Positions 26,526-33,814 of a DNA stretch of 33,937 bases are shown one piece after another. The stretch is from the IMG/VR virus record IMGVR_UViG_3300010882_000004; one strand, given 5' to 3'. Below the pieces are notes generated by a model. That model searched no databases, was not told where the DNA came from, and saw nothing but the letters and a program-made list of their open reading frames with translations. This stretch comes from a virus. A program made the translations under genes and the position numbers. Every line of letters begins with the position of its first letter. Position 1 is the stretch's first letter.

Positions 26526-26842
26526 TGTGGGCTACAGCTATCAACGCATTCGGTGAGCTCGAAAGTGCACGTATGGTGCTCTACATCGTGGTTGCGGTCT
26601 ACATGGTCATTGGAAGATTTGACACCAAAAAGCTCCAAGAAGAGATCAGCTACATCAAGCGCAACCAGTTCAAGGCTGCGTTCTACAATGCCAACCTTCC
26701 CATCACCGAGCGTCTAGACGCCGGACACAAATACCTCGAAGAGGGCGGCAACTCACGCACGAAGGCGGATATCGAACTGTTGGCAAAAAAGCATGCCGAT
26801 AGCTGGCTCCAGATACAAAGCGCAGAAAGGAACGGCGAATGA
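26525..26842 (+). CDS. Hypothetical membrane-anchored protein (N-terminal TM)
   Basis: TAATG overlap with the upstream gene. TM segment MVLYIVVAVYMVIG. Confidence 0.45.
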   Translation: MWATAINAFGELESARMVLYIVVAVYMVIGRFDTKKLQEEISYIKRNQFKAAFYNANLPITERLDAGHKYLEEGGNSRTKADIELLAKKHADSWLQIQSAERNGE

Positions 26843-28422
26843 TTAACGTCACACTTGAAGGTCGCGAGCTTTATCGTGACAAAATCTACATCGGCGTCGA
26901 GGGCGACAATCGCGCAGAAGCCGTACGCTTTAACTTTCCTGCGACTATCGATGGATACCCTGATGATGACGGCACGGTCAAGACCTATGATACGAACAAG
27001 CTCGGGCTTTCTATCGCGGTGGCGGGCAAAGGTAAGAATAAAGGCATTGACGGTGGCGACGAGCTCGCCATCACCAACCGAAGCGCTATCTATGTCATCA
27101 CTAACGCCATCACAGCCAGTGGCGAGTACTACTACGGTCTGCGTTTTACCGATGGCAAGAAATTAGTCATGAATACCCTCCCCGCACAGATGATCGTGTC
27201 CAAAGGCATCGATTTTAGCAACTCCCCGATATTTGAAATCCCGCTGACGATCGCCGATCAACTCTCAGGGCTTATATCCTCACTTGAATCTCGCGTAGAT
27301 TTTCTTGAGGAGCATGGCGGTGGAGGCGGTGGGGGAGATGGCACATTTGACCACCGTCAACTGTTGTATCGTGATGCGGCAGGCGCCCATCCCGCAAAGG
27401 CAATCACCTTTGATGACGGCGAGACGTTTCAGCAAAAACTCGACGCGGGCAAGCTCAAAGGTGACGTCGGCGGTCCCGGTGATCCTGGTACACCTGGCGA
27501 GAAAGGTGACCCAGGCATAAAAGGTGACAAGGGAGATCCCGGTCCAAAAGGCGATCCCGGCGATTCAGGCTCAGGTGGCGGACCATCAAACGCACTTGGT
27601 GTATTTCCTGCAGAACTAGAGCAGCGTCCAGCTGGATATGAGAATACTCCGATTCTATGGACACTGGAGGGTCGCACTTTTTACGGTGACCCGAAAGGTG
27701 CGCTACTTGGCGACTTTTGGTCTTTGGGTACGGCGGGTGAGATACTCGTTTGTGCAGAGTGGTATAACCCCTCGAACATGGTGTGGGTCTTTGTCAATCA
27801 GTCTGAGCTGGACAAAAAAGTCCATACGTATGGTGATGTTCTGAGGTCCGGTAAGTTCACCAATCGAGGCAATATCGAAACGGACAACTGGGGTGCTACA
27901 ACAACTGGTCATATCATCGAGCGCGGTCAGCGCGTCTACTCCCCGAACAACCCGCCACCTGCCCCTGACCTGAGCGGACTAGCGACCGAGCAATACGTCG
28001 ATAACGCTATCAGCCAAATCGAGGGTGGCGAGGGCATCAAGGGCGACAAGGGTGATCCCGGAGAAAAGGGTGATCCCGGCGCACCCGGACCCAAAGGCGA
28101 TAAAGGTGACAAGGGAGACGCGGGCGCGACTGGACCCAAAGGTGACACTGGCGTGGCAGGTCCCAAGGGAGATACTGGAGCGCAGGGTGCGAAGGGCGAT
28201 CCCGGAGCCACTGGTGCTACAGGAGCCACAGGACCGCAGGGTAATCCCGGCAACACCGGAGCAGCCGGAGCCAACGGTGCCGATGGACTGACCACCGCCG
28301 TCAAGGTGTGGGCTAACATCTACACGCAGTCCGGCGGCACAGTCACGCTACCGGCTGATATTCTGCGTGGTCGGCTTAGTGGTGGAGTGCTCTACACGAC
28401 CACAGACGGGAGCAATCCCTAA
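26839..28422 (+). CDS. BppU-N-like fibre protein with two collagen-like G-X-Y tracts
   Basis: G-X-Y runs at about 27463..27570 and about 28030..28290. The N-terminus resembles the baseplate upper protein N-domain. Confidence 0.7.
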   Translation: MINVTLEGRELYRDKIYIGVEGDNRAEAVRFNFPATIDGYPDDDGTVKTYDTNKLGLSIAVAGKGKNKGIDGGDELAITNRSAIYVITNAITASGEYYYGLRFTDGKKLVMNTLPAQMIVSKGIDFSNSPIFEIPLTIADQLSGLISSLESRVDFLEEHGGGGGGGDGTFDHRQLLYRDAAGAHPAKAITFDDGETFQQKLDAGKLKGDVGGPGDPGTPGEKGDPGIKGDKGDPGPKGDPGDSGSGGGPSNALGVFPAELEQRPAGYENTPILWTLEGRTFYGDPKGALLGDFWSLGTAGEILVCAEWYNPSNMVWVFVNQSELDKKVHTYGDVLRSGKFTNRGNIETDNWGATTTGHIIERGQRVYSPNNPPPAPDLSGLATEQYVDNAISQIEGGEGIKGDKGDPGEKGDPGAPGPKGDKGDKGDAGATGPKGDTGVAGPKGDTGAQGAKGDPGATGATGATGPQGNPGNTGAAGANGADGLTTAVKVWANIYTQSGGTVTLPADILRGRLSGGVLYTTTDGSNP

Positions 28423-29603
28423 TGGGTGTGCTTGACATCACTGCGCTGTTCGTCAGCGGCTCCGAGGCGACCAAGTGGGTCAATGATGGCGTAACAGTGT
28501 GGGAGAAGTTCGTACCGACCGCTGATTTGTTCCGCCTAGTCTTTACCGATGGCTCGGAGCAGAGCTATTCATACGCCGACTTCCCAAGCGAGGAAAACGA
28601 GTTCTTTGGCGGTGAGCTTACACGCTGGTACGCAGACGAGATGTTCTGCGTCCACGTGATAGGAGCGCAAGGCATCAAAGAAGTTCACGTCCTTAATGAT
28701 GGTATCCTCAACGAGTTCAAGTTCCAAGACTGCGATGACTTGCTACTGGTCGATGCGAGCGGGTGTACGAACCTCATCAACCTATGGGTCAACGACAACC
28801 TCGACCTCGCAGCGGTTGACGCGAGCGGGTGCTCAAACTTGTATGAGATCAGCGCAGCGAGCTGCAACATCAGCTCGGTCGATGTCAGCGGTTGCACCTC
28901 ACTTGACGGTTTCTGCATTGACAATAATCCGCTCTCGACCATTGACATCAGCGACTGCGTGAGCCTTCAGCAGTTCAACGCTGGCGAGTGCCGGTTCAGC
29001 GAGATCGACATCAGCGCGATGGTGGATAGTGGAGCCGGAAACTTCGACCTTCTGCTATTCCCGCAGAGATCGGGGACACAGCTTACCAAGCTCACCGTTG
29101 GCGGCATGAGCGGGCATTATACACTGGGCGGAGACCCTTGGGCTGGCTCGACCTATACCTGTACGGTATACCGACCAACAGGCTCGACGGTTACGTTCTC
29201 GGCGGACAGCATCGACTTCGTTTACGCCGATGAAGAGGGCGGAGCGACAAGATACTACATCGACGTGCCTTGGGAGTTCTGGGTAGCAGACGACAATCCT
29301 TGGCTATGGGTGTCGTTACAAAACTCGCTAGGTTTGGAAATCGCTGCATCGTATGGCGACGTAACTCTCGGATACAACGAGTTCGAAATAGAAATATGGA
29401 ATAGCGGGACTGTCGTTAGCTATGAGATGTATTCCGACTGGGACGGGGTAGACGGCATATTACCTGTGCCAGTGACCTTCAGCCCTATAGGTAGCGCAAA
29501 GCTCTGCTGCAACGTCGTTGAAGCGAGCAGTATTGGCTACGGCGGCTACGGCAACGGCTGGATGATATTGCCTGGAAATATATGGATAGAGATAGGAGAC
29601 TGA
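28422..29603 (+). CDS. Leucine-rich-repeat protein (putative fibre-associated or receptor-binding)
   Basis: TAATG coupling to the collagen-like gene. About six repeats of roughly 22 aa of the form D.SGC..L..L. No signal peptide. Confidence 0.6.
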   Translation: MGVLDITALFVSGSEATKWVNDGVTVWEKFVPTADLFRLVFTDGSEQSYSYADFPSEENEFFGGELTRWYADEMFCVHVIGAQGIKEVHVLNDGILNEFKFQDCDDLLLVDASGCTNLINLWVNDNLDLAAVDASGCSNLYEISAASCNISSVDVSGCTSLDGFCIDNNPLSTIDISDCVSLQQFNAGECRFSEIDISAMVDSGAGNFDLLLFPQRSGTQLTKLTVGGMSGHYTLGGDPWAGSTYTCTVYRPTGSTVTFSADSIDFVYADEEGGATRYYIDVPWEFWVADDNPWLWVSLQNSLGLEIAASYGDVTLGYNEFEIEIWNSGTVVSYEMYSDWDGVDGILPVPVTFSPIGSAKLCCNVVEASSIGYGGYGNGWMILPGNIWIEIGD

Positions 29604-29605
29604 CA

Positions 29606-29767
29606 ATGGCAGTCAAAAATGTAAGCGTCCCTCTGGACTTCGACAACCCTTCGCTGGGACCGGCTCAGGCGGCTCTCCAAGACGAATTCGCTAAAGCGTG
29701 CACCGATGCCCAAGCATGGAACCGTCCAAGCTTCATCGCGGTCTGGGTGCCTGGAGTGCTATTGTAG
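29606..29767 (+). CDS. Hypothetical protein, 53 aa
   Basis: ATG after the SD AGGAGA. Confidence 0.35.
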   Translation: MAVKNVSVPLDFDNPSLGPAQAALQDEFAKACTDAQAWNRPSFIAVWVPGVLL

Positions 29768-29940
29768 AACAAGCAAGCCACCAGACAGGGAGCGATGCTG
29801 TATAGCGCTACCACACGGCTCACGACCGAGCCAGGACAAGACCCCGCAAGTCGTCCCGATCTGTATAAACCTATACCAAGGTAGAGAATATGGGCAGCGG
29901 AGTGGAGGGAAACTAACGGCACTTTTTGCACCATTTTCGT

Positions 29941-30151
29941 GTGCTCAAATGTGCTCTGGGGTGTCTAAATGTGCTCAAATGTGCAGTAAAAGTGAGAAAG
30001 CGTCAGAAAGCGAACCTATATCGACCTGCGGTTTTGCTGAAAAAAGTGGAGCCAGCCGGGGGACTCGAAACCTGTAGAGAAAATGGTTTGACCTGCGTTT
30101 ATAGTCCCTCCATGTGCTCGGATGTGCTTGAAGTGTCGGAAAGTGTCGGAA
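29941..30151. other. Candidate attP: arm-type repeats flanking a tRNA 3'-end-like core
   Basis: ATGTGC occurs five times in direct orientation (29949, 29969, 29979, 30112, 30122). GTGCTCAAATGTGC x2. AAGTGTCGGA x2 in tandem (30131..30150). Core at 30047..30069. Adjacent to int. Confidence 0.6.
30047..30069 (-). other. tRNA 3'-end-like segment (T-loop, T-stem, acceptor strand, discriminator and CCA); probable att core
   Basis: The minus strand reads TTCGAGT CCCCC GGCTGGC T CCA. Upstream bases do not complete a T-stem, so this is a fragment and not a gene. Confidence 0.5.
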
Positions 30152-30163
30152 AGCGAGACAACT

Positions 30164-31282
30164 TTAGACACCCGATGCACGTAATATCTGCGATATTTCG
30201 GACATATATTTCACCTGCATGGACCGGGTCGTCTTCACGTATTTGTTGAGTGTGGTCGCAGGGTTGGTATGTCCGAGCCATGCCGCAAGCGTCGTGTAAT
30301 CAATATCTGCGTTGACGCACGCCGTGGCAAACGAGTGGCGCATGGAAAAGATCGTGATAGCTGGAAGCTCATTGCGATCCCTGAAACGATGAAGCATATC
30401 CCTCGCGGCATTCGGACTCATTCGCCGACCAAAGGTATTGACGCATACAGGAGCGTTGACGATGACGTTTTTCGACCCGTACCTGGCTTGATGATTCGCA
30501 AGAAGCGCTGTAAGCCGCTTTACGGCATAATCGTTCATCGGGATAGTCCGATATGACCCTCCCGTCTTTAGAGGGGTCAGAGTAGCCCCACCTTTCTTGT
30601 ACGTGTACGTTTGGCGCACACGTATCTCCCGCGCATCGAGGTTGACGTCACACCAGTCCAGTCCGAGTATCTCTCCCTTGCGCAATCCAAAACACAAACC
30701 AAGCAACACGACAGGCTCAATTACGTGGTCTCTTACTGCGTCAAGCACCTGCGCGTGCTCATCAAACGTTGCTAGCACCACCCCGTAAGCGTCTGGCTCA
30801 GTCGGCTGGGTGTCTGGATAGGCAAACCTACCGCTTGCGACATTTTCCGTTACAAGTCCAAGCCCTTGGGCAGATCCCAGAACAGAACGCAACGTCTCCC
30901 GCGTGTTGGTGCCTACCTTGCGTGTCGGTAACTCGTTGAGCAGCTGCTGCACGTGCATACGTGTGAGCTTGCCTATCTCGATATTGCCGATACCCTTCTC
31001 GGCGTCTACGATACGTTTGACATCGCGTCTGTATCCGTCAAGGGTCGTTCCGCGCAGATTCTTCTTATCGGCCCAAAAGAACTGCTCGATAAACTCCGAT
31101 ACCGTGATGCGGTCGGATAGCCCTTTGAGGGCGTCGCGCTTGCGCTCCTGTGTGTTTCCCCAGATAACCGCTTGCTCGTAGGTTTCGCAGACTTTGCTGA
31201 CCTTATCCGATCTACCGTCGAGTTTCTTTCCGATGACGACGAATACGCGGTACTTTCCATCTTCACGTTTCTTTATGTGCAT
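30164..31282 (-). CDS. int: Tyrosine-type site-specific integrase
   Basis: Catalytic-type motifs GLRKGE, MRHSFAT, WLGHTN and LNKYV. 372 aa. Confidence 0.9.
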   Translation of the reverse strand: MHIKKREDGKYRVFVVIGKKLDGRSDKVSKVCETYEQAVIWGNTQERKRDALKGLSDRITVSEFIEQFFWADKKNLRGTTLDGYRRDVKRIVDAEKGIGNIEIGKLTRMHVQQLLNELPTRKVGTNTRETLRSVLGSAQGLGLVTENVASGRFAYPDTQPTEPDAYGVVLATFDEHAQVLDAVRDHVIEPVVLLGLCFGLRKGEILGLDWCDVNLDAREIRVRQTYTYKKGGATLTPLKTGGSYRTIPMNDYAVKRLTALLANHQARYGSKNVIVNAPVCVNTFGRRMSPNAARDMLHRFRDRNELPAITIFSMRHSFATACVNADIDYTTLAAWLGHTNPATTLNKYVKTTRSMQVKYMSEISQILRASGV

Positions 31283-31365
31283 GGCATGCCTTACCTGCCT
31301 TTTGTTCGGGGGGAATCGTTTTGCGAAGGTCGAGACACTCAGTTGTGGCGGGGCGCTTCGATGTT

Positions 31366-31566
31366 TTAATCCCCATCCTCAAGCAGATCCTCCATGCTCA
31401 CACCGAGAGCGCGGGAGAGTGGCAGAGCGCGTTCGATCGAGATCCCATTCAGTCGCACTCTGCCCTGCTCGTAGTCTTGTATCGTGCGCACCGATATACC
31501 GCTCTCCACTGCAAGCCCTGACTGCGAGAGTCCGGCTTCCTTGCGCAATTCCTGAAGACGGTTCAT
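31366..31566 (-). CDS. XRE/Cro-C1-family HTH regulator, 66 aa
   Basis: Motif LRKEAGLSQSGLAVESGISVRTIQDYEQG. Its start overlaps the stop of the upstream peptide ORF (ATGA). Confidence 0.8.
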   Translation of the reverse strand: MNRLQELRKEAGLSQSGLAVESGISVRTIQDYEQGRVRLNGISIERALPLSRALGVSMEDLLEDGD

Positions 31567-31658
31567 CTTTTGTTCCTCTTTGTACCCAGATACAGATTGA
31601 TCAGTGAGATGGCTAAGGATATCAAAGAGATTATCAGTACTAGTGTCAGCTTGTCCAT
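31563..31658 (-). CDS. Small membrane peptide, 31 aa (MDKLTLVLIISLISLAISLINLYLGTKRNKR)
   Basis: Below the track cutoff. SD AAGGAGG lies 7 nt upstream. One TM helix plus a basic tail. Translationally coupled to the XRE gene. Confidence 0.5.
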   Translation of the reverse strand: MDKLTLVLIISLISLAISLINLYLGTKRNKR

Positions 31659-31726
31659 TTCATTTCCTCCTTGGTGGTATACTTACATTGTCTGGGGCTT
31701 GGGGAGCCTTTCAGCTCCCCTTGCTC

Positions 31727-31846
31727 CTAGGTGTCCTCACTTTCGTCATCCTCATCTTTACCATCGAGAATGTCTCTTGCGAGGCTTGCTACTGCTACCG
31801 CCAATTGCGCCAGTGCGGTTGCGAGTAGCACGTCGTCTCTTTCCAT
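31727..31846 (-). CDS. Small peptide, 39 aa (MERDDVLLATALAQLAVAVASLARDILDGKDEDDESEDT)
   Basis: Below the track cutoff. SD AAGGAGGTGA upstream. Hydrophobic helix plus an acidic tail. Followed by the hairpin GGGGAGC-TGAAAG-GCTCCCC. Confidence 0.5.
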   Translation of the reverse strand: MERDDVLLATALAQLAVAVASLARDILDGKDEDDESEDT

Positions 31847-31878
31847 CGCATCACCTCCTTTCAAGTTCCTACTCTAAT

Positions 31879-31907
31879 AGTATACGATAATACTCGTATA
31901 ATGTCAA
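31879..31907 (-). promoter_or_regulatory. Near-consensus sigma-70 promoter with an embedded palindromic operator
   Basis: The minus strand reads TTGACA, 17 nt, TATACT. The palindrome TATACGA-N6-TCGTATA (31881..31900) spans the spacer and the -10 element. Confidence 0.7.
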
Positions 31908-31932
31908 GTAGTTTAGGAGGTTTTTCTCAATT

Positions 31933-32835
31933 CTAGCTCCTTCTTCGTTTCTCTATTTCGTGCAAAGACTCCACTCCCATTTTCCTTAATAACCCTTCTC
32001 TTGGAATGGAGTCAATACGCCTCAGGCACCCGTCGACAGACCTGCGTATCGTGCCTCGCAGATGCCTGCTGTCACTCTCACTCAGGAAGATATCCATATC
32101 ATCGAGGATATCGACGAAGCTGAGGTTGCCCTGCGAAAAACGTGCGCAATACAACCTTTCATCGTGCGCACAGATGTTGCGTGCCGCATTTATATTGTCC
32201 AGCGCATCGAGAACCTGTGGCGATCCGATTCTCCACTTGCTCACATTATCCATGCGATATCGGTCGCTGAAGTCCTGCGCTATCCTCTTGCGGAGATGCT
32301 CCTTTTGGAAACTGAAAAGCCTGAGTGTCTGTCCGAACGCCATAGAGTTTGCCAGAACCCAGATCGGAACCGCACCGTACTTTGATTGATAGTGTTCGAT
32401 GTAGGGTCTACGGTTCTTGTTGTTCAGTATTGAGGTCAGATTATCTATCAGGCGATTTACCTGCCCTTGATAGTTCCCGTCGTCGCGGTATGTCGATGGG
32501 TCGAGGTAGAAGCTGGTCAAGCCATCGTTTGCCTCCGCGAGACGGTAGGAAACCGTCGTCCTCATATATGCCTCTATGATAGCCGTATATCTGAAGAGAT
32601 CCATGCGAAGAGAGCGATCGAACAGGAACAACCTGTGGATTTCCTTGAATGCCGTTCCCCGCCTGAACTCATCGCCGGTTGCTGTCGTTCGGTATACGAA
32701 GAAGGATTTATAGCCGTTTACGACGGCATAGTAGCCCTCGCGCTGCAAGACGGCAGAGGTTTCGTTGTCGGTTCTCACCCCACGGCTCTCAAGCAATTCG
32801 ACCTGTTCCTTTATCGTGAGGAACTGCTTCTCCAT
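31933..32835 (-). CDS. Abi_2 (AbiD/AbiF-like) HEPN-domain abortive infection protein
   Basis: Overall Abi_2-like layout. R-x4-H motif RNICAH at 32164..32181. ATG 32835 chosen because the track GTG 32856 lies inside the upstream terminator T run. Confidence 0.7.
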   Translation of the reverse strand: MEKQFLTIKEQVELLESRGVRTDNETSAVLQREGYYAVVNGYKSFFVYRTTATGDEFRRGTAFKEIHRLFLFDRSLRMDLFRYTAIIEAYMRTTVSYRLAEANDGLTSFYLDPSTYRDDGNYQGQVNRLIDNLTSILNNKNRRPYIEHYQSKYGAVPIWVLANSMAFGQTLRLFSFQKEHLRKRIAQDFSDRYRMDNVSKWRIGSPQVLDALDNINAARNICAHDERLYCARFSQGNLSFVDILDDMDIFLSESDSRHLRGTIRRSVDGCLRRIDSIPREGLLRKMGVESLHEIEKRRRS

Positions 32836-32848
32836 GACGGTGACCCCT

Positions 32849-32877
32849 AAAACCACAAAAGGCGCAACGCGCCTTCT
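32849..32877 (-). terminator. Rho-independent terminator between the repressor and Abi genes
   Basis: The minus strand reads AAGGCGC GTT GCGCCTT followed by TTGTGGTTTT. Confidence 0.65.
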
Positions 32878-32997
32878 GGGGGTTGCTCCGATATTGCATT
32901 CGTCACAACCGCATCACATCCATTATGATACACCGATACTCCCATACTGTACAGTTTCTCCATCTCCTAATACCGATAATCGAACGGCTTTTCCTCT

Positions 32998-33654
32998 CTA
33001 AAACGCAGTCAGATAGTCGAACGGTGGGGTGTACCACACGACCGGACCGCGAATCACGATATTGGTGCAGTCTTCATCGGCGCACTTGTAGACATAGGAC
33101 TCATAGGTAGGATCGGTGCTATCAGGTATCAGCTCGACACCTCTATCCAGTATCCTCACCCGCTTGATAAGCCCCTCGGAGCCGTCTACGTTTACCAGTG
33201 CGATATCTCCGGTGGCAACCTGCCCCCCAAAGTCCACGAGGGCATACGTGCCGTCTGGGAGCACCTTGTCCATCGAGGTGCCGTTTACCCGCACGAGCTT
33301 GGCATTGGGATACTTCTTGCCCATAGCGACCGGTACAGGGTGTGTGAGGTCATCTACCGGCAGTTCCTCGTTAGGCACTCCGGCTGATACCGATAACACG
33401 ATGGGGAGATCGATGAATTCTGGATCGACATTATCGATCCTTCGGATACGCTTTCGAGCTAGAGATGATGGATCAAGATCCAGTGCTTTACACATGGCGA
33501 GAACCGTGTCTACACTTTTACCTTCGAAGCCGTTGTTAAGAATTGAATAAATAGTTGTCGGTGGAACACCTATTACCTCAGAGAACTGTCGAACACTCTT
33601 ATATCTTTCGAGGATAATCGCTCGCACTCGATCTTCTAATCGGTTTTCGTACAT
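32998..33654 (-). CDS. CI/LexA-like repressor (N-terminal HTH, C-terminal S24 autopeptidase)
   Basis: HTH segment SVRQFSEVIGVPPTTIYSILNN. Ser motif NGTSMDKVLPDG. Lys motif GLIKRV. SD GGAGGAAAG upstream. Confidence 0.85.
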   Translation of the reverse strand: MYENRLEDRVRAIILERYKSVRQFSEVIGVPPTTIYSILNNGFEGKSVDTVLAMCKALDLDPSSLARKRIRRIDNVDPEFIDLPIVLSVSAGVPNEELPVDDLTHPVPVAMGKKYPNAKLVRVNGTSMDKVLPDGTYALVDFGGQVATGDIALVNVDGSEGLIKRVRILDRGVELIPDSTDPTYESYVYKCADEDCTNIVIRGPVVWYTPPFDYLTAF

Positions 33655-33706
33655 CTTTCCTCCAATACATTACGAGAAAGTAACAATTCGCTATTCTATA
33701 CGAAAT

Positions 33707-33735
33707 ATTATAAATTATTTGCTATTTCGTGTTGA
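33707..33735 (-). promoter_or_regulatory. Candidate repressor (leftward) promoter
   Basis: The minus strand reads TCAACA, 17 nt, TATAAT. Its -35 is back to back with the rightward -35. Flanked by the 8-bp inverted repeat ACGAAATA / TATTTCGT. Confidence 0.55.
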
Positions 33736-33760
33736 CAGATTACGTAATCTCGCTTACTGT
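33732..33760 (+). promoter_or_regulatory. Candidate rightward early promoter
   Basis: TTGACA, 17 nt, TACTGT. The spacer contains the operator palindrome. Confidence 0.55.
33738..33749. promoter_or_regulatory. Operator candidate O1: perfect 12-bp palindrome GATTACGTAATC
   Basis: Self-complementary. Lies in the promoter spacer. Extends to AGATTACGTAATCTCGC. Confidence 0.6.
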
Positions 33761-33769
33761 CAGTAGTAG

Positions 33770-33782
33770 GCGAGATTACGTA
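33770..33782. promoter_or_regulatory. Operator candidate O2: GCGAGATTACGTA (inverted copy of the O1 flank)
   Basis: 13-nt match to the reverse complement of the extended O1. Lies just downstream of the -10 element. Confidence 0.5.
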
Positions 33783-33814
33783 CACATCTGGTAATATGCG
33801 AAATCTCATAAAAG

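Larger units (their letters stand above)
1..33814. mobile_element. Complete temperate siphovirus-like phage genome (one unit length)
   Basis: Full set of lysogeny, early, packaging, head, tail and lysis modules. The 123-bp exact terminal overlap closes the circle. Confidence 0.85.

Noticed and set aside
27463-28290. Diversity-generating retroelement (TR/VR pair) or CRISPR-like repeats in the collagen tracts
   Set aside because: The repetition is codon-level G-X-Y periodicity, not two near-identical ~100-bp copies with A-specific mismatches. No reverse transcriptase or cas genes occur in the window.
30047-30069. A complete tRNA gene
   Set aside because: Only the T-loop-to-CCA portion is present. 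The upstream sequence cannot form a T-stem, anticodon arm or D-arm. I interpret it as an att core fragment.
29706-30249. Plus-strand ORFs 29706..30077 and 29926..30249 across the att region
   Set aside because: They have no SD and are built from the arm-type repeats and the tRNA-like core. One runs antisense into the end of int. A noncoding attP is the better explanation.
31570-31890. Plus-strand ORFs of 106 aa and 74 aa
   Set aside because: They are antisense to two minus-strand peptide ORFs that have canonical SDs and a consensus promoter. The plus-strand ORFs lack a ribosome-binding site and have GTG or unclear starts.
32848-32964. 38-codon leader peptide ending across the terminator upstream of the Abi gene (attenuation model)
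   Set aside because: The AGGAG lies directly against the ATG, leaving essentially no spacing, so translation initiation is doubtful. It is mentioned only as a possibility under the Abi finding.
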